From: Octopus bimaculoides
Taxonomy: Eukaryota
DNA: 64,000 nt
Assembly (NCBI RefSeq): GCF_001194135.2
Contig: NC_069007.1
Coordinates: 2,445,697-2,509,696 of the forward strand
Direction: 5' to 3'
The position numbers and the translations under genes were made by a program. Below are positions 50,397-62,861 of the stretch, piece after piece (the stretch's first letter is position 1; each line of letters begins with the position of its first letter). The notes beneath the pieces are model-generated. The model made no database searches, was not told the origin of the DNA, and worked only from the letters and a program-made list of their open reading frames with translations.

Positions 50397-50433
50397 TCTT
50401 TCTGTTGAAGAGCCTAGCTCGAAACGTCAAAGA
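50397..50433 (+). ncRNA. Minimal type I hammerhead-ribozyme-like motif in a Penelope-type terminal repeat
   Basis: Stem I tcttt/aaaga, core ctgttga (A6>U) plus extra a, stem II gagc/gctc, GAAA, palindromic stem III acgt, GUC site. Confidence 0.6.
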
Positions 50434-50519
50434 CTTTCCGTATTCCCGAGCGTCATACTAATACATCCTTTTGTTATTTACACCACCTGTCCTCGTCTGT
50501 TGTTTTTTCGTACATTCTC

Positions 50520-50608
<89 letters not shown>

Positions 50609-51069
50609 CATATGTGTGTGTGTGTGTGTATTTACATGCATTGGCGTATAATTGTATATATACATGCCCTGGCATGTGATAACATACATAAATACACCAA
50701 TGTACGTTATGTATATAGATCATATATACATACTTACATAAGCATCCATAATAATCGCTAAAATTACTAAAATAACAATCATACCGTTGGTAGCGGTAAG
50801 TCTATAGAATTCTGAAAATGATTCCATTGATCTCACGTTGATAAACGAGGGGACATCCGTTTTCCGGAGGAACTGACTGTAATTCCTGAGGAAAACGTCA
50901 AGCTATACTAAACGGTTTCCGAATAAATTCTGCATTTCATCATGTTCGCAAGGTATTTACACTGGAAAGTAACCTTTATCGGGATATATCTGCCTACATA
51001 GCATTGTCACATACAAACAACACACTCACAAGCACACACATATACACTCACATGCGTACATATTCATAT

Positions 51070-51350
<281 letters not shown>

Positions 51351-51479
51351 CACATGCAAACACAACCGTGCACGTGCACAAGATGTGCAAGCATCTGTGG
51401 ATGTTTGCTTACCTATCTACCAATCAGCTACTATATTTCCTTGAATCTGCATCTTTTTCTGCACCTCTTTCTTTCTCTC

Positions 51480-51511
<32 letters not shown>

Positions 51512-51683
51512 ATCCTCTCTATGCACACGCTCACATACATAAGTATGAAAATGTAACTAAATATATATATATATATATNNNNNNNNNNATGTAACTAAAT
51601 ATATATATATATATATACATATATGTTTATATAAGCATGTACCTACATATATGTATATATATACGTGTGTATATGCATGCATT

Positions 51684-51718
<35 letters not shown>

Positions 51719-51793
51719 ATCTATTTATTTATCTATGGATATACATATATAGAGAGAAAAAGAGAAAGATAGATATATTTATGTGTGTATTTT

Positions 51794-52147
51794 CGTGTGT
51801 TTGCGTATGTATATATAAATATGTATATATGTATATATAAATATGGATAGGGATCCATACATAGATACATACATACATATATGCATATATACATAAATAC
51901 ATATACACATATACATTTATATATGCCTACATATATCCCGATAGCTATAGTATGCTATAGACATATCTACACATGGATATGTGTACACACTTGATAAACG
52001 TGATTCGAAAGAGACAAATGGCGGTCAGTGTCGCCACATGATATTACGAAAATAACCAACAGAACGAAGAGATAATATTGCCATGAGGAGAGATTTTTTC
52101 AAAGACTCTATGAGAATCCGTCTTCGGGGTCACGATCACAGATGAAA
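51794..52147 (+). repeat. Local direct duplication, copy 1
   Basis: Colinear with 53022-53342; 7 substitutions in the 128-bp core 52000-52127 by manual alignment. Confidence 0.9.
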
Positions 52148-52271
52148 CACGTCACTCGTGTTTGAGTGACTGGTTGTGTTGCGTTTTGGCCAAATAACTT
52201 CTTCTTTAGATCCAACTGACCCTGATATATGCCCTGTGAGGGAATTTTGATATACAGAAAATGAGAAAATC

Positions 52272-52337
<66 letters not shown>

Positions 52338-52842
52338 NNNNNNNNNNNNNNNNNNNNNNNNNNNNNNNNNNNNNNNNNNNNNNNNNNNNNNNNNNNNNNN
52401 NNNNNNNNNNNNNNNNNNNNNNNNNNNNNNNNNNNNNNNNNNNNNNNNNNNNNNNNNNNNNNNNNNNNNNNNNNNNNNNNNNNNNNNNNNNNNNNNNNNN
52501 NNNNNNNNNNNNNNNNNNNNNNNNNNNNNNNNNNNNNNNNNNNNNNNNNNNNNNNNNNNNNNNNNNNNNNNNNNNNNNNNNNNNNNNNNNNNNNNNNNNN
52601 NNNNNNNNNNNNNNNNNNNNNNNNNNNNNNNNNNNNNNNNNNNNNNNNNNNNNNNNNNNNNNNNNNNNNNNNNNNNNNNNNNNNNNNNNNNNNNNNNNNN
52701 NNNNNNNNNNNNNNNNNNNNNNNNNNNNNNNNNNNNNNNNNNNNNNNNNNNNNNNNNNNNNNNNNNNNNNNNNNNNNNNNNNNNNNNNNNNNNNNNNNNN
52801 NNNNNNNNNNNNNNNNNNNNNNNNNNNNNNNNNNNNNNNNNN
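52338..52842. other. Assembly gap (505 N)
   Basis: N-run between (CA)n and (TA)n. Confidence 1.
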
Positions 52843-52890
<48 letters not shown>

Positions 52891-53021
52891 AGTCATTTCG
52901 AGGTTATTAGATTCTCATTAGGGATTATATAATCCAAAAAATTCCACTGGTTAATCACTGTCATAGAAGAAGGTTTCAATGATATGTCGGGGATTATTGT
53001 GCCTTTGCGTATGTATATATA

Positions 53022-53342
53022 CGTGTGTTTGCTTATGTATATATAAATATGGATAGAGATCCATCCATCCATACATACATACATATAAACATACATAAAT
53101 ACACATATACATTTATATATGCCTACATACATCCCGATAGCTAAAGTAATCTATACGCATATCTACACATGAATATGTGAACACATTCGATTTACGTGAT
53201 TCGAAAGAGACAAGTGGCGGTCAGTGTCGCCACATGATATTACAAAAATAACCAAAAGAAAGAAGAGATATTATTGCCATGAGGAGAGATTTTTTCAAAG
53301 ACTTTATGAAAATCCGTCTTCGGAGTTACAATGACAGGTGAA
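53022..53342 (+). repeat. Local direct duplication, copy 2
   Basis: See copy 1; offset about 1.2 kb, including a 505-N gap. Confidence 0.9.
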
Positions 53343-53598
53343 TTAATGTTTGTTACCGATTTATATAAATTTTAATTCAAGCCGTCACAAATTCAAAGCT
53401 AATGTCTAAACGTCTGTTTATGTGAATTCACATACAAAAGTAGTAATAATGGAAGCATGAAGGTAATAAATTTGTAAAATTTTTGTAAATTTTAAATGTG
53501 AAAATCAGATTCTTTGAAATTTTTCATGCAGCTTTTCAACTTTTTTTCAACTTACTTATGCTTTACATAGCTGTCGACATGGCAGACACGCGTCTAAT

Positions 53599-53686
53599 AC
53601 CAGTTGCATACTAGGGTCGATCTAAACGACTGGCGCCCCTCCTCCATAATTTAGGGCCTTGCGCCTAGAGTAGAAGAGGATATATT
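53599..53686 (+). mobile_element. SINE family B 3' fragment
   Basis: accagttgcatactagggtcgatctaaacgactgg..gggccttgcgcctagagtagaagagga. Confidence 0.75.
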
Positions 53687-53713
53687 GCAACTGTAAAATC
53701 CCATCGTATATAA

Positions 53714-53748
<35 letters not shown>

Positions 53749-53851
53749 TCTGTGTGTGTGTGAGTCTGTCTGTGTGTGCTTGTGTATGTAGGAGAGTGTG
53801 TGTCTTTGAGCTTATGTTTGTACGTCAACACCGTTTGACAANNNNNNNNNN

Positions 53852-53919
53852 ATTTCCGAGGACGTAAACACACCAACACCGGTTCTCAAGTGGTGGTGGT
53901 GGACGAACACACACACACA

Positions 53920-53971
<52 letters not shown>

Positions 53972-54138
53972 TATGCTTCAGGCTTCTTTCAGTTTCCGTC
54001 TACAAAATGCACTGACTAGGTTTTCGTCGGCCCGAGGCCATAATACAAAAGACTTACCCAAATTGCCATGCAGTAGGACTGATTTCAGAACCGTGTGACT
54101 GAGAAGCAAACTTCTTACCACACAGCCACACCTGTACC
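53852..54138 (-). mobile_element. SINE family C with internal microsatellite
   Basis: gacgtaaacacaccaacaccggtt..(CA)(TA)n..ggcttctttcagtttccgtctac..gcagtaggactga..gaagcaaacttcttaccacacagccacacctg. Confidence 0.8.
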
Positions 54139-54274
54139 TATTTCTTCGACAAGAATTTTGTCTCTAAACCCGTCGATGCTCCAGAATGACCACAGTCCAC
54201 TAACTACAACAAGTAAAAGATAAAAGATAATAAATGAGCCAGGAATACATGTTTGATAAATATTTTATTCCCAG

Positions 54275-54437
54275 CATATCGCGAACCACTGCTGCAGTTT
54301 GTAATTTAAAGGGAAATTTAGTTGTTAATAGTAACCAGTCAAGCGAGTTCATTAAGGCTCACTATCCCATTAACTCACCATGGATATTGTTACTTTCATA
54401 TATCGTTTATATATTGTCTATTTCTCTCGTTTTATAA
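54275..54437 (+). CDS. Candidate terminal exon with hydrophobic C-terminus
   Basis: Acceptor tattttattcccag; phase-2 frame ISRTTAAVCNLKGNLVVNSNQSSEFIKAHYPINSPWILLLSYIVYILSISLVL*. Confidence 0.2.
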
Positions 54438-54845
54438 TGTCTGCATTTCAAGAACTCTGTGTTTCCCCACAAGTTATCACGCAAATTCCATTTCTAATTA
54501 ATCTAATGTAAATTTCATTAGTTCCAGCAATTTATTTGATGGTTTCAGAAATTACTATTTAATATAGAAATGTGGACCGTTTGACAATATTTTATTGATA
54601 GCTAAGCGGTTTAGCGCTGTAAAAGTTTCAAGGTTGCATGCGAAATTATATTCAATACATAACATTATGCGTTTCTTGATACAAGCTAACTGCTATGCAG
54701 TTGGATTTGAAGTGAAATAGATGATGAATATTTGAACACCTTTAACACATGGAATTAATTGCAGAGAGCAATGATAATAAATACATCAATACAGAAAAGT
54801 ATTGTTAACATGACAAAAGTCCTCAACTGTGTTTCGTATTTGGCA

Positions 54846-55010
54846 TAGGCGGAGGCATGGTTGTGGGGGTTAACGAGTTCGGTTTGTATCCACGTGGCTT
54901 TGGGTTCAGTTTCATTGTGTGGCACTTTAGAAGAATTTCTTCTACTATAACACCGTGTTGACCAATATGTTTTGAGTGAATTTCGTAGAGGAAAATTGTG
55001 TGGACACATG
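54846..55010 (+). mobile_element. Degenerate SINE family C 5' part
   Basis: aggcggaggcatggttgtg..tttgggttcagtttcattgtgtggcacttt..ttctactataac..gagtgaatttcgtagaggaaa. Confidence 0.65.
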
Positions 55011-56221
55011 TCATTATAAATTTTAAAAAAACACACACACATATATACAAATAATATATGCGTATGTAAGCACGCACGCACATACGTATCTAATTAATTT
55101 TCGAACGTAGAACCTCGAAACTGATTAACACAATTGTTCAATATTTACATACTTCCATTCATAGATTTATACATATTTCGAGTAAACCCGTTCCAAGGAA
55201 AAAGAAAAATGTTTCGTCTACTCGAAAGTTTTCTAAATTCTTTTGACTCCAATATGTGTGCCTGTGTGTGAATTTGACTCGAATCGAAATTTCTGACACC
55301 ACTGTGCACCACTTCCTCACATGACACGAAATATATATAGGGTGCTTTCACACATATATATATAGGGTGCTTTCACACATTTTACCAGAAGAGAGATATT
55401 TTCTTTGCGATAACCGCAGTGAATTTGCCTTTTAATTGTTGAAATACGTCACAAACATTTTAACTAACCTAAACTTTGCTTATGCCAAAACACTGCTACG
55501 CGCAAACCAGTGGCCGAAACACGCAAAAGATAAAACATACACCGATTTTAAATGTTTAGCAAAGAAGGTTTCGCATGAAATTCCTTCTTTATCGTCAATA
55601 ATATACTCTGTACTCCTGTTTGGCCTCATTCCTATGATTGAAACAAGTAAACGGAAAAGAGATATGATATTGTTTTGAATATAAATACAAAGAAATGGCA
55701 GTGATGAGAGTGCATGGAACAAATATATTTGCATTCCAAACGAAAGTAAAATCGCTTCTCAGATAAATTCGCATTGAATTCCTTCGTCACGTTTGATGAT
55801 CATCCGATCACAGCTGTACCATTCCGACGTAACTTTTTTAAGGGGTAGGGACTAATGAATTTGCTTGCCTTTGAAATAAATTAAACTAAATTCTTTTAAT
55901 TTTCCTGATGTTATATGAAGATGGATTTGCTCATCGTTATTTTGCTAGTCGTGAAGCAGAATTGAAATTAATTTTCAAAATATTCCTGACAGACAAATGA
56001 TAAACGGATTAAAAGCATTAATATTGTCGCTTCCGTGTGTTTTGTTTCAAAGATGAAATTCTACTCGATCGATTTTTAATTTCCCATTCCCTGTGTTTTA
56101 TAAACATTTTGACAGAAATGGTGTATAATCATGTTAATACATTGGATGGAACTTTAACTCAGGAAACATTTCCGATAACGGTGAAGAATTATTATTATGA
56201 TTAATATAATAATTAGAGCAG

Positions 56222-56325
56222 GGGATTGCCAGAACCAATAGAGTGCCTGACAAAAATTCCTTGTGCTATATCTTTTGCAAAGGCAAGTTCTATATTCAAA
56301 TCCTGCTGGAGAGAAATTTACCTTT
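56222..56325 (+). mobile_element. Very degenerate SINE family B-like head
   Basis: ggattgccagaaccaatagagtgcctgacaaaaattccttg..gttctatattcaaatcctgc parallels the family B head. Confidence 0.45.
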
Positions 56326-56329
56326 GTAT

Positions 56330-56368
<39 letters not shown>

Positions 56369-56676
56369 AGTAAAAATAAATACAAAAAAGGTGGGTTTTT
56401 TTGTATGATTGTGTATAGAGGAATATATTATTTTGCTTAAAAGAGTTCCAACACTGTCTGTTTTTTATGTTTTATTTATATTCCTGCAGAACTAATGTGG
56501 GGTATAGAATATGGAATATACAATATATAATATGATATACAATATACAATATAAAATAAAATAAAATAAAAATGGATGGCACCATGAAAGAAAGTATTGA
56601 ATATAGATGAAATATTGAGTGTTCAATATAAAGGATCAAATATATAAATATATAAATATAAATATATATATATAAA

Positions 56677-56716
56677 GGCGACTCGAGTTTCAGGGCTATT
56701 TCCCTTCGTCATGGCC
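56677..56716 (-). ncRNA. Type I hammerhead-ribozyme-like motif (minus strand)
   Basis: Minus strand ggc c atgacga aggg aaatag ccct gaa actcgagt c gcc: core near CUGACGA, stem II aggg/ccct, GAAA, palindromic stem III actcgagt, GUC site, stem I ggc/gcc. Confidence 0.55.
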
Positions 56717-57754
56717 GGTATGGCAGACTTTAACAGACTATATATATATATATATATAGTTGATGAAGCCGAGAATCACTCAACTAAGGTCACCAAAGGA
56801 AACATTTTATGAACACACGATTCCAATTTATTAATACACATAATCCTAGGGTAGCCAACATCTTTCACGCCATAAGATCAAGGCTACCAATACTTCTATA
56901 AAGCTCCAAAGTAAAAAAGAAAAAAACTGCTTACGAAACAGTAGACCCCAACCAAAAATTGCCCAAAACATCTCACAAGAGAATGAATCAGAATTCTCTG
57001 TAAAAGAATGTGGAGAAAGCAGATGTGAATCTAGCTACAACACGATAAAGCGGTGGCATGTTGTCAACTTAATGTGACAGTCCCATGAAAAGGAATAATA
57101 CTACTGCTTTTTAGCCCTAAGAAGGACAGCTTCGTGTCGGCCTTGACACATTTCCTGTGTCCTTATGTTTAATCCTTTTCCGTTTAGTACACCCCGTCCT
57201 TCTAAAAACAGAATATGAAGTAAAAAACGAATATATAGTCCGTGTGTCTATTTGGCAAAATGAAAAGCATTGACCATCACGAAATATATCAAAATTCTAA
57301 GAATTTCTTTTATACAATACCTAATGATATTTGATTATAGATATACCATAAAATGTTTAAAAATCGAAAGGATTTGTGGGCCCATCCGAGCTAAATATAA
57401 ATTAAATGGGGTCCTTAATTCAAGGGACTGAGTATACACACATATAGAGATGGAACTAAATAATGGCGAGCATCGATTCTTTCCCTTGTGATATTTCTGT
57501 CGCGATAACAGCGACAACATGAACAGCACCAAGAATATCCATTTTAGCATTCGTTAAATGTTAGCCCATGTGATCTTTCGTTTACATATTAATGTTGCAT
57601 TTAATAAGAATGATAATTATATATCAACCTGATTATTTTAATTTGTGTACGATTAGTTCAATCTTAATTACAAGTAATTTTGTTTACTACAGATAAACAT
57701 ACCCACATACATACATGCGAAAATAAATTTGCATGTGCACATTAAATGTACATG

Positions 57755-57786
<32 letters not shown>

Positions 57787-58896
57787 CATATATATATGTA
57801 TATATATACATATCCACACACATGAATATATGCATTATACATATATACGTCCGTGTGTCTATATGTGTATGCATATTTTATGCATATTAGTGTGTGTGTA
57901 ATTTACTTCATATATACACACACACGAACACGTACACGAAGGCACGGTTTACATGTATTTACATTATAAATGATATATGTGTGTGTGTACATATATATAT
58001 ATACATACACGCACACACACACGCACGTGTATACATATAAATAAATACTTGCTCACATATATACATATACACAAACATTCATGCATATACATACCAACAC
58101 ACATAAACACACATATATATGTGTGTGTGTGTGTGTGTATATCTTACGTATATATGATAAATATGTGTGTGAATGTGCGTGTGTGTGTGTGCGTCAAGGT
58201 TGTGTATCTATCTTCGTGATTCTACATGTGTATATTTATCACATTTTCCCTCAGATCATGTTTTTCCAAGAGTCACAACCGTTTTTCTCGGTTTCAAACA
58301 TATCACAAAATAATAATAAAGAAAAATTGAAAAATAAATGAGAGCAAATTATTCGTTAATTGCTTAGTGGTAAACCTGATTGTTTGTCACGCAAAATTTT
58401 CATTTATATTTGTCATAATAATTGTCCTTTCGAATTATCGATGTCAATAGAATTTGCAATTCGTAAGAATTGCAATGGATATATCTCATTCCAAATTATA
58501 TCTTTAATATTTCACAAAAATGAAGAGCATCATCTTATTAATTACACATATCTATTTAAGATGTAGCGGAGGAGTTGCTCTTGGCTTAGATTTTATCTTA
58601 TTTCATAAAAGCAGACGAAGATTTCGCATACATTATGCCAGATGTCCACTTTACTAGTATGTATGCGTGGGCATATACATATACATGTATATATATATAG
58701 GTATATACTATATGTATACTATATACATATACTATATACATATACTATATACATGTATATATGTATATACTATATACATGTATATATGTATATACTATAT
58801 ATATATACTATATACATATACTATATATATACTATATAAATATACTATATATATGTATATTATATATATATATAAATAAATATAATGTATATGTAC

Positions 58897-58930
<34 letters not shown>

Positions 58931-59067
58931 ATGTGTGTTTGTATAATATATGTGTGTATATATATACACATACGCTGTTTGTAAATGGACTCTTACCACA
59001 GTTCGATCCTGGGGTCAGATCGATTCGTTTGTTTATATCTTACTAAAGCAATTTTATCCTACTCGTC

Positions 59068-59122
<55 letters not shown>

Positions 59123-59825
59123 AAGAGATAGACAGACAGAGATATATATAGATACATACATACATACATACATAGAGAGAGTGTGACAGACAGACAGAAA
59201 GATAGAGGGACAAACAAACAGACAGACAGAGACAGGGAGACACAGAGAGACAGACCAACAGAGATCAGACGATGATGAAGAAAAACAAGAAATCTGAGCG
59301 TCTCAAAACGTAGCTGGAAAAACCATTTAAAGAGTATTTACTCGCGTAAACAAGGCTCAAACTTGAGATCCTCCCAATGCTGATTTTTTTTTTTTCATCC
59401 ATTAGCCCTTTTCTGTGGGAAATCTAATAACATAGCAGTCATTTATTGGTGTCGGTAACATCAACTAACAATGTCTCTCTTGCAACTAATCTTATCCTAC
59501 CAACCAAATATGGCGTCGTCTTGCGCCTGTGTTAGACTTCATTATAACACTTCTAGTAATGATAGACACTCTGATGTAATTGATGGTGGAGGTTTTTTTA
59601 AATTGCTTTCAACATTTCTTTATTGGAATTTCGTTTGGTCTACGTCATGTTTTTTCGCTTTGTATTTCTTTTCTTCTACTTAATTTTTTTTTTATAATTT
59701 TTTGTGATATATGTTTGTTATTTTTTTTCTATCGTGGTTGTCTGTGTTATTCGTTCGTTGCTGGAGAGGCAGTCTACCATTTATTTAAGACTTTCACGCT
59801 TAATGTAACATATAATTTGTTGATA

Positions 59826-60495
59826 NNNNNNNNNNNNNNNNNNNNNNNNNNNNNNNNNNNNNNNNNNNNNNNNNNNNNNNNNNNNNNNNNNNNNNNNNNN
59901 NNNNNNNNNNNNNNNNNNNNNNNNNNNNNNNNNNNNNNNNNNNNNNNNNNNNNNNNNNNNNNNNNNNNNNNNNNNNNNNNNNNNNNNNNNNNNNNNNNNN
60001 NNNNNNNNNNNNNNNNNNNNNNNNNNNNNNNNNNNNNNNNNNNNNNNNNNNNNNNNNNNNNNNNNNNNNNNNNNNNNNNNNNNNNNNNNNNNNNNNNNNN
60101 NNNNNNNNNNNNNNNNNNNNNNNNNNNNNNNNNNNNNNNNNNNNNNNNNNNNNNNNNNNNNNNNNNNNNNNNNNNNNNNNNNNNNNNNNNNNNNNNNNNN
60201 NNNNNNNNNNNNNNNNNNNNNNNNNNNNNNNNNNNNNNNNNNNNNNNNNNNNNNNNNNNNNNNNNNNNNNNNNNNNNNNNNNNNNNNNNNNNNNNNNNNN
60301 NNNNNNNNNNNNNNNNNNNNNNNNNNNNNNNNNNNNNNNNNNNNNNNNNNNNNNNNNNNNNNNNNNNNNNNNNNNNNNNNNNNNNNNNNNNNNNNNNNNN
60401 NNNNNNNNNNNNNNNNNNNNNNNNNNNNNNNNNNNNNNNNNNNNNNNNNNNNNNNNNNNNNNNNNNNNNNNNNNNNNNNNNNNNNNNNNNNNNNN
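59826..60495. other. Assembly gap (670 N)
   Basis: N-run. Five further 10-N gaps at 31905, 34919, 40653, 51579 and 53842. Confidence 1.
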
Positions 60496-60546
<51 letters not shown>

Positions 60547-61382
60547 ACACCTCCACATTCACATCTACATCCACACGCATAATCTAATAGAATTTAGTAG
60601 AGGTTGTAAATAGTGTTAATAAAGTCTCTACTACATCTCTAGTTAGTCAGGATGTTTGATGCTATAAAGCGTCTATAAATAACATATTTTCTTCTGTCAC
60701 TTATTTTACTTTTTATTGTTTGTTAATAGTTTTAATGTCTGAAACTACAAAAATACCAAACTAAGATTTATCTTATTTTTAATTAAATTCCCCAAGAGTT
60801 GTCGGTGCTGTGTTGTGTTTTTTTCTTTTTCTCGCTGTGTTGTTGTTGTTTTACTTGATGTTGTGGAGGCCCTGGACGTCTTTGATCGAACAGACGTGTT
60901 TAACCAACGTGTTCCCGGTATGACCACTACACATTTTATTTTCCATGGAACCCTGTAAATGCCATTCTTCTAACTTTTATCATTTATACTTTGGTCTTTG
61001 TTTCTTGCTGTTTTCAGTTTTGATAGAGCAAATCATTTACGACAACTTTGTTTTCATTTTTGTGTAGGAAAGAAAAGGCTTTCATTACACCTTGAGTATT
61101 TTTTCTAAAAATCGAAGGTAAGATTTGAGGGTGACATGACTGTTATTTTTAGCAGGTCTAGCTGGGAATCTAATAGACGATTGCTGTTGTTGATGTTGTT
61201 AGTGATGGTGGTGTTGGTGAAAATGGCTGTGGTCGCTGCGGTATTTCATATTCATGCTTAACTACAAGAATCTCTTTAAATATTTATTTCAAATTCTGCC
61301 ACAAGTCCAGCTATTTCGGAGAGAGTACATTATAGGTGTGCATGCGCGTGTGTATGAATATAACGATGATGATGTAACGATG

Positions 61383-61935
61383 GCCAACATTTTAGATATT
61401 AAACTTAACTTACACAATAACTCGTACTTTCCATACCACAAACCATCGACCAATCTTAAGTATATTAGCCAATTCAGTAATCATTCTAGCGCAATTTCTA
61501 GGAACTTGGTTAAGAATATTTCATTCAGATTGTCTAAGTTATCTGCTAATGTTGACATTTTTAGAGATAAGGCCGAATTTTATAGCTCTGTCTTACTTAA
61601 AACAGGTTATACAGAGAAAGATACTTACTTAATTCCATTCATTAACGATATCAATTTAAATGTATACGCCAACACCAAACGGAGGAAGGGAGATAACTCT
61701 TATTTAAACCCATTTTTCATTCTAAAGGTAAATCTATGTCTTTCAAAGATAGTTACACTAAAAATAAGGTAACTAATAGTAAAACCATTTGGTTAATTAT
61801 TTCTTATAGGAGGTAAATTAAATCGAATCTTCCTTTGCAGTTTCCTGAAGCTATTATTAGGAATTTTCCAAAGAATTCTAAGTATTACTCTCTTATCGAT
61901 TCACACACGGTTAGGATTGGTTTTGCCATTTATCA
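61383..61935 (+). mobile_element. Penelope-like element relic (RT C-terminal/thumb and linker)
   Basis: NILDIKLNLHNNSYFPYHKPSTNLKYISQFSNHSSAISRNLVKNISFRLSKLSANVDIF..FYSSVLLKTGY (PLE FLD..L/PY.KP..Y..SNHP..I..RLS.LS motif), then after a frameshift KTIWL..Y..NFPKNSKYYSLI..HTVR. Confidence 0.85.
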
Positions 61936-62414
61936 ATGCAGAGCAGCCGAACCCAGCAGGCGTCACTACTGACCGTCTGTACGAAGGATTATTTACCTAA
62001 ATTCAGTGGAATACATCCACTGATTTTCATATAAATATATGTGTGTGTGTGTGTGTGTTTGTGTGTATATATGAATATAATTGAGGCAGTGAAAAAATCT
62101 AGCTTATATGTTGAAAAGAGACGCTAAATCGTCCAACCACTTTGAATCATCTCAAAGTTACACACGTGTTGAAATCGAGGGACTAAGCTAACGGACATTC
62201 ATAAAAATATAGTTAGCTCCGGGTTGATCAATTTCTGGATTAGTCTAATGTCTTTTCGTCGTTAGCAGAGTATACTTGGGGAAATAAATGAGATATTTAT
62301 ACATACCCGGAGGAAAGCCATATAAGCACCACAAATACAATCAGACCGGTTGCACACGTGCTGAGGTAGGTTACGAAATTCGATATGGATGTATTTATGG
62401 TATTTGTATTTAAC

Positions 62415-62490
62415 CATGGCTTTCCTGCGGGTCCAGGAATTGAAACCATGATCTCGTGATCGTGCAAGCAACATTCTAACCACTAGACCA
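62415..62490 (-). mobile_element. tRNA-derived SINE head fragment
   Basis: Reverse complement tggtctagtggttagaatgttgc..gagatcatggtttcaattcctggacc has A/B boxes. Confidence 0.6.
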
Positions 62491-62507
62491 TATATATTTT
62501 TTTTTTT

Positions 62508-62668
62508 GACGGACTTTTTCTGTTTCCATTTACCCAACCTAGCCACATAGCTTTGCACAGCCCGAGTCTATCGACGAAGACATTTGCTCAACGTGTCACA
62601 CTATAGGACTGAACGCACAACCATGTGGTTGGGAAGCAAACTTCATACCATGCTACCACGCATGCACC
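62508..62668 (-). mobile_element. Degenerate SINE family C 5' part
   Basis: gaagacatttgctcaa..ggactgaac..ccatgtggttgggaagcaaactt..ccacgcatgcacc. Confidence 0.7.
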
Positions 62669-62812
62669 AGTATATTTGATTTTGTCAGTGAACAGGTCGC
62701 GGTCTCAAAACGACGAAAATATTTTGACAAATTAAATTTAAATGTTGAAGTGAATCTAACGGTCTTTGTGTGTTATTTTAAATGGCTTATAAACACCTTC
62801 CAAGCTGCAATT

Positions 62813-62861
<49 letters not shown>

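Noticed and set aside
50880-50925. cctgaggaaaac..gtttccgaat as a decayed hammerhead
   Set aside because: It needs a 3-nt core deletion and an altered GAAA, and no stem III is present.
56226-56320. Kinase-like peptide DLNIELAFAKDIAQG on the minus strand behind a good acceptor
   Set aside because: The DNA aligns by eye to a degenerate SINE B head, and no further kinase motifs follow.
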